Below are positions 9,607 through 18,379 of a stretch of DNA of 64,000 bases, in pieces. The translations under genes and the position numbers were made by a program. Under the pieces are notes generated by a model. It did not search any database and was not told the DNA's origin. It worked only from the letters and a program-made list of their open reading frames with translations. This DNA comes from a virus, in the IMG/VR virus record IMGVR_UViG_3300044630_006441, positions 32,001-96,000 of that record. One strand, 5' to 3'. Every line of letters starts with the position of its first letter. Positions within the stretch are counted from its first letter, which is position 1.

Positions 9607-9894
9607 ATGAAACAAGAGAATTTCTACAGGCGTGAATTCTGGTTCGACAACGGCTTCGGCTTGTCGGTTGTCTCACACTCTGACAGCTACGGTGGCTACA
9701 AGGGTTTGTTTGAGATTGCCCTGCTTCACCGTTCCGATAGGGATCGGTTGTTTTACGGGCCAAGCTGGGAAGATGTTCGGGGTTACCTTGATTTCGCCGA
9801 TGTGGCCAAGGTGATCCAAGAGGTGAAGGACTATCCGGAAGACCGACCAGTCGGTGATCTGGGCGGACCTTATGCGTCGGTTTTGGTTAGCTAA
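9607..9894 (+). CDS. Conserved phage hypothetical protein
   Basis: FDNGFGLSVV..SYGG..GLFEIA motif; AAGGAG RBS. Confidence 0.75.
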   Translation: MKQENFYRREFWFDNGFGLSVVSHSDSYGGYKGLFEIALLHRSDRDRLFYGPSWEDVRGYLDFADVAKVIQEVKDYPEDRPVGDLGGPYASVLVS

Positions 9895-9909
9895 CAAGGG
9901 GGATTTGCA

Positions 9910-10269
9910 ATGAACAAGCTTTTTGTTGATCTGTTCGTCGCCGCCTATATCAAGTGCGGCTTGTGGGCCTGCTGTGATGAGAACGGCGAGCCGCTGGATG
10001 GTCTGTACACCACGGACGATCTGAGCAAGGCAGCCAAACAAAACATCCGAGAGGAATGTCGGTGCTTCATCGACGAAAACGCCGAGCTGCTGGCCGGAAC
10101 GGACGCGGAGGCTGCTGGGCAGGATTTTTACCTGACCAGGAATCGGCATGGTGCCGGATTCTGGGATGGTGATTGGGGTGAGGCTGGTCAACCGCTGACC
10201 GACTCCGCCCATGTGTGGGGGTCGTCTTACTTTTACCCGGATGACAACGGTGAGATTTCGGTGATGTGA
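9910..10269 (+). CDS. Conserved phage hypothetical protein
   Basis: AGQDFYLTRNRHGAGFWDG motif; stop is a repeat TGA. Confidence 0.8.
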   Translation: MNKLFVDLFVAAYIKCGLWACCDENGEPLDGLYTTDDLSKAAKQNIREECRCFIDENAELLAGTDAEAAGQDFYLTRNRHGAGFWDGDWGEAGQPLTDSAHVWGSSYFYPDDNGEISVM

Positions 10270-10432
10270 GACAATTTGGGCCTGACAGGCACTCTGGCTG
10301 AGGGGGGCAAGGCGCCCCCCAAAGCCTACGCCAACGGAGGAAAGCAATGCTGCTACCTGTGATCACTCTGGCGGTTGGTTTGGTTTTGATTGAGGCGGCT
10401 GTTCTTTCTATGGGAACCTTGGAGGACTACCA

Positions 10433-10750
10433 ATGAGCAAGGGCTACAACGGCTGGACGAATTACGAAACCTGGTGTGTCAACCTGTGGATGGACAACGA
10501 AGAAGGGTCCTACGACTACTGGCGGGAAGTTGCTGAAGATGTCTGGGATGCGGAGGACCCCGAAGAGTCCCAGCGCCTGCTGGCCGACCGGATCAGGCAA
10601 CAAATCGAGGAAGGACAGCCTTTGACCAAGGGGCTGTATGCCGACCTGATCGAGGCGGCGCTGTCCGAAGTAGACTGGGATGAAATCGCCAGCCACTTCA
10701 TCTATGACCTGAAGGCGGAAGCCAAGAAGGAGGAAGTCGAGACCGAGTAA
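10433..10750 (+). CDS. Conserved acidic phage protein
   Basis: YNGWTNYETWCVNLWMDN motif; GGAGG RBS. Confidence 0.8.
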   Translation: MSKGYNGWTNYETWCVNLWMDNEEGSYDYWREVAEDVWDAEDPEESQRLLADRIRQQIEEGQPLTKGLYADLIEAALSEVDWDEIASHFIYDLKAEAKKEEVETE

Positions 10751-10804
10751 AGTCAGCGCTTGGGGGTGGGCAAGGTGCCCGCCCCCTTCTTTGTGGAGGA
10801 CGCG

Positions 10805-11095
10805 ATGAAACACGCCAAGCAAGAAGACGGGATTTTCTACGGAACGACCGAACAGGGATACGATCTCTACCTGTGCGAGTCGATGGGTGGGCAGAGTCTG
10901 GTGGCCCGGTTCGGGGATCGTCCGGCCGACTACGAAAGCTGCCCGCTGCTGGTGTTCAGGAGCTGGCTCAAACCCGGCGCATCAATCAAGGTGGGGGCCA
11001 AGTCGTTCCCCATGATCGAGTGGATGGACCACCCGACCACACCGGACTATGTCCGGGGCTGGAAAAAGATCTTTGAGTTGAAAGGGGGTGCATGA
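10805..11095 (+). CDS. Hypothetical protein
   Basis: GGAGG RBS; coupled to next gene. Confidence 0.7.
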   Translation: MKHAKQEDGIFYGTTEQGYDLYLCESMGGQSLVARFGDRPADYESCPLLVFRSWLKPGASIKVGAKSFPMIEWMDHPTTPDYVRGWKKIFELKGGA

Positions 11096-11421
11096 TGGGT
11101 TGGACGCATTGCCAGAGTTGGAAGAGCAAGGAGCAGGTGGTCGAGATGATCATGGAGGGGCGGAAAGGCCCCTCGGCCATGGCATGGGAGGGGGGAACCT
11201 GGGTCCACTGGTCCGTCGCCACGCTACGGGACGGCAATGAAATCATCTGCTGCTACCTGATCGAGCCATCGGCTCAGGGGTGGGGCTACAAGGGTATGGA
11301 CGAGTGCATGGGACCCTACTATTACAGCTGCCCGCTGGAGTTTCTCGAGCGGACAGACAACAGCCTGTACAAGAACGAGAAATGGCGTCTCGAAGTTCTG
11401 AAAAGGAGGACCGCGGCATGA
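11092..11421 (+). CDS. Conserved phage/plasmid hypothetical protein
   Basis: WGYKGMDECMGPYYYSCP motif; ATGA overlap. Confidence 0.75.
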   Translation: MMGWTHCQSWKSKEQVVEMIMEGRKGPSAMAWEGGTWVHWSVATLRDGNEIICCYLIEPSAQGWGYKGMDECMGPYYYSCPLEFLERTDNSLYKNEKWRLEVLKRRTAA

Positions 11422-11669
11422 GAATCAAGAGTCTGGGGCGCCCCCACCTGATCTCGGTGGGGGCTTTTGATTACGCATGGGATTTTGAATGGGAGGACGA
11501 CAACTGGGCAATAGTTCGGGGCTACCGCCACTATTTCAGCGTGAGCGAATCCTTTACGGATTTTGCAGTGGCGAGAGCATCCAAACAGAAATTGTCCAAA
11601 GGACTGAATGGGCCTGACCGACAACCGCTGGTGGACCTGTTCAACGGATTGTGGACCAGGCTGGACTGA
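11418..11669 (+). CDS. Hypothetical protein
   Basis: AGGAGG RBS; ATGA overlap. Confidence 0.7.
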   Translation: MRIKSLGRPHLISVGAFDYAWDFEWEDDNWAIVRGYRHYFSVSESFTDFAVARASKQKLSKGLNGPDRQPLVDLFNGLWTRLD

Positions 11670-11672
11670 CAC

Positions 11673-11709
11673 AAGGGGGGAGGGGCGAAAGCCCCTCCCC
11701 CTTTTTTTT
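11673..11709 (+). terminator. Rho-independent terminator (near-identical to 8293)
   Basis: Same GAAA-loop stem plus T8. Confidence 0.9.
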
Positions 11710-12217
11710 ATTTGTATTTGGTTTTGAGACAATTACGCCCCAACCTGCACTAATAGATACGCCCACATTTTCCCGTCGCCGCGGCCCGCCAACCTGGCCC
11801 CCCACCCCATCCCGGCCCACCTGGCCAACCCCATCCCCTCTTTTTTCTTCTTGTTTTTGTACCGGCCCCTTCGGGCCGGTTGGCAATAATGGATAGCAAG
11901 CAAGTGAGACAATATCGACCTGACCTGCACTAAGGGATTGCGCACTCCTACCCGCGCACATCAACAACTGCTATCAAATGATAGTGAGACAATTTGCCTC
12001 CGACAGGCACTCTCAATGCCGAGGGCAAAACGCCCAAAGCAAACGAGAAGCTTGTGCGATGAGACAATTTGCTCACGACAGGCACTCTGGTTGAGGGGGG
12101 CAAAACAACAAATTGCCCGCCTTCAATAAAGGGTGCCCAACACGGTGAGACAATATCGCCGCAACAGGCACTCTCAGTGAGCGGTGGTTTCGCTCAATAA
12201 CTTGTAGCGAGGATGAC

Positions 12218-13117
12218 ATGGCTGTTTCCAAGAAACGCAAGAAGGCGGCTTCTTTCAAGCGGGATCAGGCGATGCGGTTGGCCTATATGGTCTCGCACGC
12301 CAAAACCGAATGGGAGGCCATCGAGGCCATCCAGAACACGCTGGACGGTTTACCCGCCGACAGCGGATGGGTGGACTGGGGCAACCGTCTGCTGGCCTAC
12401 CTCAAGGGCGAGGTCAGCACCCCACCCTTGCAGGTGATCAAGGCGGATGGCAACAAAAAGTTGCCCTTCTACGCATGGTCTGTCCTGCCGCTGTTCAGCT
12501 GCCCGGGGAAGGGGGCGTGCGCTAAATTCTGCTATTCGCTGAAAGCGTGGCGGTATCCGCAAGCCTATTTTCGTCAGGTCATGAACACGATTCTCTACCG
12601 GTTCCGCAAGGATCTGGTGGCGGACCTGTTCTTGTCCCTGCCGGAAGGTGTCACCCTGCGGTTGTTCGTCGATGGGGATTTTGATTCCGCCGAGACGGTG
12701 GACTTCTGGTTCAAGCTGCTGCGCCTGCGGCCCGATATTGTGTCCTACGGCTACAGCAAGAGCTGGGATGAGTTGTACGATTACGCCGGTTTGTGGCCGG
12801 ACAACTATGTCCTGAACCTGTCCAGCGGTGGGCGGGTTCGCAAGGTCACCCTCGAGATGATGCAGCAACTGCTGATCACCCGGGGCCGGTTTGTGGCGGT
12901 GCCCGTTGATGCCAAGTTCATCAAGATGGGCAACAAGCGGTTCAAATCCGCTGAATACCACGCCGCGGTGCGGGAATCCGCCCGCCGTCTGGGCCTTGGC
13001 AAGGCCATGAGCTGCCCCGGCAAGTGCGGCAGCTGCATCAAGCGTCCGAGCGGTAACGAGCACGCCTGCGGGTCTCGTCGCCTGATCGGTTTAACCATCG
13101 CCATCGGCATCCACTGA
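12218..13117 (+). CDS. Gp88-like protein (Cys-rich, possibly Fe-S binding)
   Basis: GNKKL...SCPGKGACAKFCY...LRLFVDGDF...YGYSKS...CPGKCGSC. Confidence 0.7.
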   Translation: MAVSKKRKKAASFKRDQAMRLAYMVSHAKTEWEAIEAIQNTLDGLPADSGWVDWGNRLLAYLKGEVSTPPLQVIKADGNKKLPFYAWSVLPLFSCPGKGACAKFCYSLKAWRYPQAYFRQVMNTILYRFRKDLVADLFLSLPEGVTLRLFVDGDFDSAETVDFWFKLLRLRPDIVSYGYSKSWDELYDYAGLWPDNYVLNLSSGGRVRKVTLEMMQQLLITRGRFVAVPVDAKFIKMGNKRFKSAEYHAAVRESARRLGLGKAMSCPGKCGSCIKRPSGNEHACGSRRLIGLTIAIGIH

Positions 13118-13187
13118 GACAATATCGTCTCGACAGGCACTCTGGTTGAGGGGGGTTTTCGCCCCCCTCTTTGAAAGGAACAAGCAA

Positions 13188-13421
13188 ATGAAGAAGATCA
13201 CTCTGACAAGTCATCCGCTGGTTCACACGCCGGGTATGCTACGGTATGCCGAGGCTGGCTACCAAACCAGCAAGGGACGGGGGCGGACCCCATTCATTAA
13301 CATCTTCGCCGAAGGCTACGGTCTGGACCGCAAGCTGACGGTGGCGTTGCTGTCCGGGAAGATCCCCTACCGGGTGGAAGGGGACACGGTGGTTCTGGAA
13401 GTCAAGGAGGGTCAGGTATGA
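13188..13421 (+). CDS. Hypothetical protein
   Basis: AAGGA RBS after repeat 13115. Confidence 0.7.
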   Translation: MKKITLTSHPLVHTPGMLRYAEAGYQTSKGRGRTPFINIFAEGYGLDRKLTVALLSGKIPYRVEGDTVVLEVKEGQV

Positions 13422-13669
13422 AACACACGGTGTGGGCAAGGCTTGGAATCAGTATCGAGTTGGACAAGCCGCTTGAGGCATTCGCCAACGAGGATGAGCT
13501 GGTCGAGGCGGCAATCAAGTCAATTCAGGCAAAGCGGTTCGAGGTGGAGGGGGATGCTTATATCCCCGGCCCCTGTCTGGATGACCACGATGAAGATTTG
13601 CAGTTCGACTACCGTGACGATCTGGAACTGGGCAGTTTTTACCAAAACGAGCAGGGGGAAATCCTATGA
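13418..13669 (+). CDS. Hypothetical acidic protein
   Basis: AAGGAGG RBS; ATGA overlap. Confidence 0.7.
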   Translation: MKHTVWARLGISIELDKPLEAFANEDELVEAAIKSIQAKRFEVEGDAYIPGPCLDDHDEDLQFDYRDDLELGSFYQNEQGEIL

Positions 13670-14061
13670 GCTACATGCGTGAAGCGTTCGAGCAAGTGGT
13701 CCAGGACCGCAAGGCGGTGGTCCGGGAAAGCTGGTATGTCATCCTCTGGGAGGACACCCAGTACTACGGTGGCCCCGAGGAGGGGGGCTGGTACGGCTGG
13801 GATCACGAGCCGGTGGAGTACGCCGTCTACCCCAACGAGGAGACGGCCCATGCGGTGGCCGAGAAGGTGCGGGAACGGGCCGATGAGCTGACCCGCCTTT
13901 CCCGTCGCCGCCACGGGGAGCGGTGTCTGGCCGAGCTGGAATGGTTGGATGCCCGCGGTCTGGATGCGGATTACCTGCCCGAGCCTGACCAAACCAGCTA
14001 CAGCGTGACCGTGGGGAATATGATGCCGGAAGCTGTCTACGGTGGACGACACTACGATTGA
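13666..14061 (+). CDS. Conserved phage hypothetical protein
   Basis: YGGPEEGGW motif; stop is a repeat TGA. Confidence 0.78.
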   Translation: MSYMREAFEQVVQDRKAVVRESWYVILWEDTQYYGGPEEGGWYGWDHEPVEYAVYPNEETAHAVAEKVRERADELTRLSRRRHGERCLAELEWLDARGLDADYLPEPDQTSYSVTVGNMMPEAVYGGRHYD

Positions 14062-14146
14062 GACAATATTGTCCGGACAGGCACTCTGATCGAGGGGGGT
14101 GGCAAGGTGCTGCCCCCCTGTTTTTGGAACAGAAAGGATGAACACA

Positions 14147-14728
14147 ATGGACGAACTCATCAACGCTCTGAAGGCTCTGGTCAAGGAAACCATCGAGGAA
14201 GGGATCAGCGAGGCCGACATCTCCCAGAAGGTGGAAGAGGCGGCGGAGGAGCTGGACTTTGAATCGCTGGTCACGGACCATGTGGATCTGGGGGACTTGG
14301 TCAAGGAACATGTGGACTTCGAGGATCTGGCCAACGATGCCATCGCCTGTTCGGTGGAGGAGGTCGTCGAGCGACAGGTCCGGAAGCTGGACTGGGGCAC
14401 GATCATCGGCAGGGAGGTCAACCTGACCGAGACCATCACGGAGAATGTAGACCTGACCGAGATCGCCAACCAGAAGATGAGCGAGATGCTGGCGAAACGC
14501 TGGGAGAACAGTCAGAAAATCCTCGACACCTACATCGAGGATCGGCTGGACATCGAGCTGCGCAGCAAGGTCGAGGTGGTGGTCGAGGAGAAGCTGACCG
14601 GTTCCTTCCATGACATCGACCGGGAACTGCGCGATCAGGTCAACCGGGCGGTGGGGCCGCTGATCGACGAGATCAACGCCCTCAAGGCCCAGCTGGCGAA
14701 GCCCTGGTGGAGGAAGATCTTCGGTTAG
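14147..14728 (+). CDS. Highly acidic helical protein with about 10-aa periodic repeats
   Basis: LDFESLVTDH/VDLGDLVKEH/VDFEDLANDA...VNLTETITEN/VDLTEIANQK; PWWRKIFG tail. Confidence 0.75.
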   Translation: MDELINALKALVKETIEEGISEADISQKVEEAAEELDFESLVTDHVDLGDLVKEHVDFEDLANDAIACSVEEVVERQVRKLDWGTIIGREVNLTETITENVDLTEIANQKMSEMLAKRWENSQKILDTYIEDRLDIELRSKVEVVVEEKLTGSFHDIDRELRDQVNRAVGPLIDEINALKAQLAKPWWRKIFG

Positions 14729-14790
14729 TCTTCGGTAAGCAGGGGGTGGGTATGGTGCCCGCCCCCTTTTCGTCAACGAAAGGAAGTGCC

Positions 14791-15225
14791 ATGAGTTTTT
14801 ACGCAACGATGGTCGGCGAGATTTTTTACCCTGACCAAGAGGATTTCAACGCTGTCCTGTCCGTTCTGGAGGAAGGGGGCTGGATCGAGAAGGATTTTTT
14901 CCTGGACGGAGGCGGGGACCGGATCAGCAAGACCCCCAACATCGACCGGGAGCAAAGGGTGATCTCGATCCCCCATGCCTGCCACCGCAACTTGTCCGAG
15001 GTGGAGTTCTTCCCGCCGGGGGCGAAGGGCCGGATCGTCGCGACATCGACCGATGGGTGCTTCGAGGGGTGGGAGATCGAGGACGGGGAGAGAGCCAGCT
15101 ACGATCTTGACGAGTGGGCGGCTGAGAACATCGGGGAGAAGTGTCCGGACTGCGATACGGACTTCGACGGGTTCTGTGACTGGAGAAGCATGGTCGAGGA
15201 TGAGTTCCACAACTGCCACAACTAG
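14791..15225 (+). CDS. Hypothetical acidic protein
   Basis: AAGGA RBS. Confidence 0.72.
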   Translation: MSFYATMVGEIFYPDQEDFNAVLSVLEEGGWIEKDFFLDGGGDRISKTPNIDREQRVISIPHACHRNLSEVEFFPPGAKGRIVATSTDGCFEGWEIEDGERASYDLDEWAAENIGEKCPDCDTDFDGFCDWRSMVEDEFHNCHN

Positions 15226-15235
15226 GAGGACAATC

Positions 15236-15445
15236 ATGAAAGACAGACATCCCGAGGCGATCCAATTCGCCAGACTGAGCATCGGTAGCCGGTTCCGGTT
15301 CGAGAGCGAATGGTCTTTCCCGGGTCTGAAGACCGGGGTGGCCGTCAAGACGGGTGCCCGAGGGTATCGGTACGATGACGGCATGGTGTGTGTGGTGGGG
15401 AGCCAGAAGGTTCTGGTCGTCGAGGAAAAGGAGGCCGCGCAATGA
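15236..15445 (+). CDS. Hypothetical protein
   Basis: AGGAGG RBS. Confidence 0.68.
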   Translation: MKDRHPEAIQFARLSIGSRFRFESEWSFPGLKTGVAVKTGARGYRYDDGMVCVVGSQKVLVVEEKEAAQ

Positions 15446-15777
15446 TGATTCCCGTGACGGGTTCGGAAGAGTTCAGCCATATCCAGATCAAGGTCACCTA
15501 CTCCAAGGGGGGCCTGAACTACTGGAACTACAAGGAGGAACCGCGGGCGATCTGGCTCAGCGTCACGCCTGTCAAGCTGAACAAGCATGACGGGTACGAG
15601 ACCATCAGCCAGATTGCCGGGACGGGGCTGCGCCATCTGGTCGAGGAGGTGAGCCGCAAATCGATGTCCAAGATCCAGAAGCTGGAGAAGCAGGTCGAGA
15701 AGGAGGTGCTCTACCGTTCCGGAATCACCTGGGATATAGTGAAGAAGGTCGCCGAGCAGAAGCGGTTGACCGTCTGA
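15442..15777 (+). CDS. Hypothetical protein
   Basis: AAGGAGG RBS; overlap with previous stop. Confidence 0.7.
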   Translation: MMIPVTGSEEFSHIQIKVTYSKGGLNYWNYKEEPRAIWLSVTPVKLNKHDGYETISQIAGTGLRHLVEEVSRKSMSKIQKLEKQVEKEVLYRSGITWDIVKKVAEQKRLTV

Positions 15778-15839
15778 GCAACCGAAGCGGGGGTGAGCTA
15801 CAACACCCCCGCCTAGGGCGGGACTAACCAACCCGCATG

Positions 15840-15870
15840 GCCGGGGGGCGAAAGCCCCCTGGCTTTTTTT
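15840..15870 (+). terminator. Rho-independent terminator
   Basis: GCCGGGGGGC-GAAA-GCCCCCTGGC plus T7. Confidence 0.88.
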
Positions 15871-16103
15871 ATTTGTTTTTTGTCCAGGAAAACCCGCTGC
15901 ACTTATTGAATGTCTTGGTTTTGTCCCAGCCCGATAGGGCTGGTCGGCTTATTTGGCTGAGCAAGCATGAGACAATTACCCGGGAACCTGCACTTATAGA
16001 CCACGCGCCTACAGCAAGCAGGCCGCGGTGGGTGGTTGAGACAATATCGCCCTGACAGGCACTCTCAGTGCGGAAGGAAAAACGCAAACGAAAGGAGCGA
16101 ACG

Positions 16104-16280
16104 ATGAAGAAGTTCAAAGCGACAGTGATTCGCACCGTGATCGAGAGCATCGAGTTTGAGATCGAGGCCAACACGCAGGAGGAGGCGGAGGAGCAAGCCT
16201 ACAACGAGGCTGTCGATGCCAGCGCGGAAAGGTGGGACGGGGAAACCACCGGGATGGAAGTCGATCTGGAGGAGATTTGA
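16104..16280 (+). CDS. Small acidic protein (DpnD/PcfM-like), paralog of 19700-19882
   Basis: KFKATV..IEFEIEANTQEEAEEQA; stop is a repeat TGA. Confidence 0.68.
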   Translation: MKKFKATVIRTVIESIEFEIEANTQEEAEEQAYNEAVDASAERWDGETTGMEVDLEEI

Positions 16281-16324
16281 GACAATATTGCCCCGACAGG
16301 CACTCTCAGTGAAAGGAGAAAACG

Positions 16325-16600
16325 ATGAAAGTACGCTACGACTTCGACCGGGACCACCAACCCGGCGAATACATCGGGTTCGAGATCCGGGTCTGTTTCA
16401 ATGACGGGGATGACTGCATCTCCAACATCGAGGACGAAGACCACTTCGAGTTCCACAAGGAGGAGGGGACGCATCTGTTCTGGGGCGTGTACGGGGTCAA
16501 CCCGGACGGGATGTCCGAGAGTCTGGGAGACTTCTCCAGCGAGGAGGCGGCTCTGGACACCGTCAGGAAACTGGGGGGCAGACTATGTTCGTCGTGGTGA
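16325..16600 (+). CDS. Hypothetical acidic protein
   Basis: AAGGAG RBS after repeat. Confidence 0.7.
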   Translation: MKVRYDFDRDHQPGEYIGFEIRVCFNDGDDCISNIEDEDHFEFHKEEGTHLFWGVYGVNPDGMSESLGDFSSEEAALDTVRKLGGRLCSSW

Positions 16601-16812
16601 TGGAGATCGGTGGGGGCTTCTTCAACACTTGGTCGGAGAATGATGACAGTCCGGTGGTCTTCGAGACCTTCGAGGACGCGGTCATGGAGCTGGCCGAGTT
16701 CTACACGGACTACCGGAAAGAGATCGGTGAGGAACCGGACAGTTTCCGGATCGTCGAGGTGACGGATCGATACCAACACTGGCATGAGGGGGGCGAAGCC
16801 TATGCAGCTTGA
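16585..16812 (+). CDS. Hypothetical acidic protein
   Basis: Operon context. Confidence 0.65.
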   Translation: MFVVVMEIGGGFFNTWSENDDSPVVFETFEDAVMELAEFYTDYRKEIGEEPDSFRIVEVTDRYQHWHEGGEAYAA

Positions 16813-17029
16813 TCGCAGGGGTGGCGAGGGGGTCCTGTTCCTGACCGACGAGGACCTCGAGCTGGTCGGGATCGACCCGGCCAAGGTCGGGGACGGCGAG
16901 TGGCGGGACATTCTGGATTACCTGAAGGACTACTACAACGACAATTTCTCAATGGTTCTGGCGGAGGCAGCCGAGTATGTCTTGGCCCACGCCAACAAAA
17001 AGGAGGTGGGTGATGATCAAGGTGTGTGA
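16802..17029 (+). CDS. Hypothetical acidic protein
   Basis: Operon context. Confidence 0.62.
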   Translation: MQLDRRGGEGVLFLTDEDLELVGIDPAKVGDGEWRDILDYLKDYYNDNFSMVLAEAAEYVLAHANKKEVGDDQGV

Positions 17030-17318
17030 TGCCCAGACGATTGCGGCGATTGCCAGCGAGTTCATGACGGACGCACGGTACGGGGACTGGTACAAGCGGG
17101 AGTGCGATTCCCGGTCGGGCACCCCGGGCATCTGGTCCGACATCGGGTCGGTGGGGGTCAAGATCATCGAGGCCGAGAAGGCGTTGAAGCTTGACTGGCA
17201 TCAGTACGAGTTCATGGAGGCGATCTTCGCCATCGTGGACCATATGTACGAGGAGGGTCTGGAGCAGGACTGGACCGCGGTTCTGGAGAGAATCCTGAAG
17301 GAACAGCAAGGAGACTGA
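17013..17318 (+). CDS. Hypothetical protein
   Basis: AAGGAGG RBS. Confidence 0.7.
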   Translation: MIKVCDAQTIAAIASEFMTDARYGDWYKRECDSRSGTPGIWSDIGSVGVKIIEAEKALKLDWHQYEFMEAIFAIVDHMYEEGLEQDWTAVLERILKEQQGD

Positions 17319-17320
17319 GC

Positions 17321-17584
17321 ATGGAATGGGATGTGTGGGTCAAGCAATACCAGGGTGAACTGCTGTCACGGACGGGGCTGTCCCTCGAGGACGGGCCGAT
17401 GGAGTCCACCCTGCGGAGCTTTTTCGACAACGAGGAAACGCCTAGCGAGGCGGTCTCATGGGTGATCGACAAACACGATCTGGATGACCTGCGGGTCGAG
17501 GCTTACGAGCGGGACACCTACAACCGGTTCCGCGAGGAGGCACTCGCCCGGTTCGGGTATGCGCCACCAGCGAGGAGGTTCTAA
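17321..17584 (+). CDS. Hypothetical protein
   Basis: AAGGAG RBS. Confidence 0.7.
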   Translation: MEWDVWVKQYQGELLSRTGLSLEDGPMESTLRSFFDNEETPSEAVSWVIDKHDLDDLRVEAYERDTYNRFREEALARFGYAPPARRF

Positions 17585-17712
17585 TGGCGGAGTACTGGTG
17601 CGGGGTCTGTCTGGAGCAGATCGACCCCGCCGAGGGGGACATTCACAGTCTGCCCAATGGTGAGGACTGTCATGCGGAGTGCTGCCCGGAGTGTGAGACA
17701 ATTTGCCGGTGA
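17584..17712 (+). CDS. Small Cys-rich (Zn-finger-like) protein, 42 aa
   Basis: MAEYWCGVC...CHAECCPEC; GAGGAGG RBS; stop inside repeat 17694. Confidence 0.55.
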   Translation: MAEYWCGVCLEQIDPAEGDIHSLPNGEDCHAECCPECETICR

Positions 17713-17759
17713 CAGGCACTCTGGGTGGGAAGAGGAAACCAAACAGAAAGCGAGGAACG

Positions 17760-18032
17760 ATGAGCGAGAATAGCGTGATCGTGGAGACGGAAGTGGAAAA
17801 CCGCGATGGCAAGAAGCGGTGGTGCGCGGTTGAGGTGCGCTACCGGGGACTGAAGGAGCGGATCGAGTTCGCCATGCCAGCGATCATCAGCCTGCCGCTG
17901 GGGCCGGAACGCAACGACCTGGAGTTGCTGCTGTGCGCCCTGCTGGCGGGCAAGGGGGAGTTCTTCACCCAAGTGACCCGGGCGGTGGTGCTGGACGAGA
18001 AGCGGCAGCTTAAGAAAAAGAAAGGCAAGTGA
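17760..18032 (+). CDS. Hypothetical protein
   Basis: GAGGA RBS after repeat. Confidence 0.65.
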   Translation: MSENSVIVETEVENRDGKKRWCAVEVRYRGLKERIEFAMPAIISLPLGPERNDLELLLCALLAGKGEFFTQVTRAVVLDEKRQLKKKKGK

Positions 18033-18080
18033 ACGCAACATAACGCAGATTATCGGACACTGTTTGAGAAAGGAGCGACG

Positions 18081-18341
18081 ATGTACCAAGAAGAGTGGGG
18101 GCAGAGGGCAACCCCGATGGATGCCTGCCGGGAATACGCGCTGAACGCGGGGAGGGAGCGGACGGAATCGGCCTGGATCTTGACAGACTTCGATGCGTGG
18201 ATGCCGAACCCCTTCTACCAGGGTCCGCCGGTGCCACACCCGGAAGATTGGTATGACGACGATGTGGGGAGTGAGCAACCGCCACCGCGGCCAGTCGTCG
18301 AGAAACAGGCGCCGCCGGTCGATGAAGACATCCCGTTCTAG
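18081..18341 (+). CDS. Conserved phage protein ending in SSB-tail-like DEDIPF
   Basis: AWILTDFDAW.PNPFY.GP..PHPE; C-terminal DEDIPF. Confidence 0.75.
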   Translation: MYQEEWGQRATPMDACREYALNAGRERTESAWILTDFDAWMPNPFYQGPPVPHPEDWYDDDVGSEQPPPRPVVEKQAPPVDEDIPF

Positions 18342-18344
18342 GAC

Positions 18345-18379
18345 AAGGCTGGGGGGCGAAAGCCCCCCGGCCTTTTTTT
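18345..18379 (+). terminator. Rho-independent terminator
   Basis: GGCTGGGGGGC-GAAA-GCCCCCCGGCC plus T7. Confidence 0.88.

Noticed and set aside
11905-12175. CRISPR array (29-bp repeats with 46-57 bp spacers)
   Set aside because: Repeats are degenerate in the middle, spacer lengths are irregular, the same motif is dispersed over 13 kb before genes, and no cas genes are present
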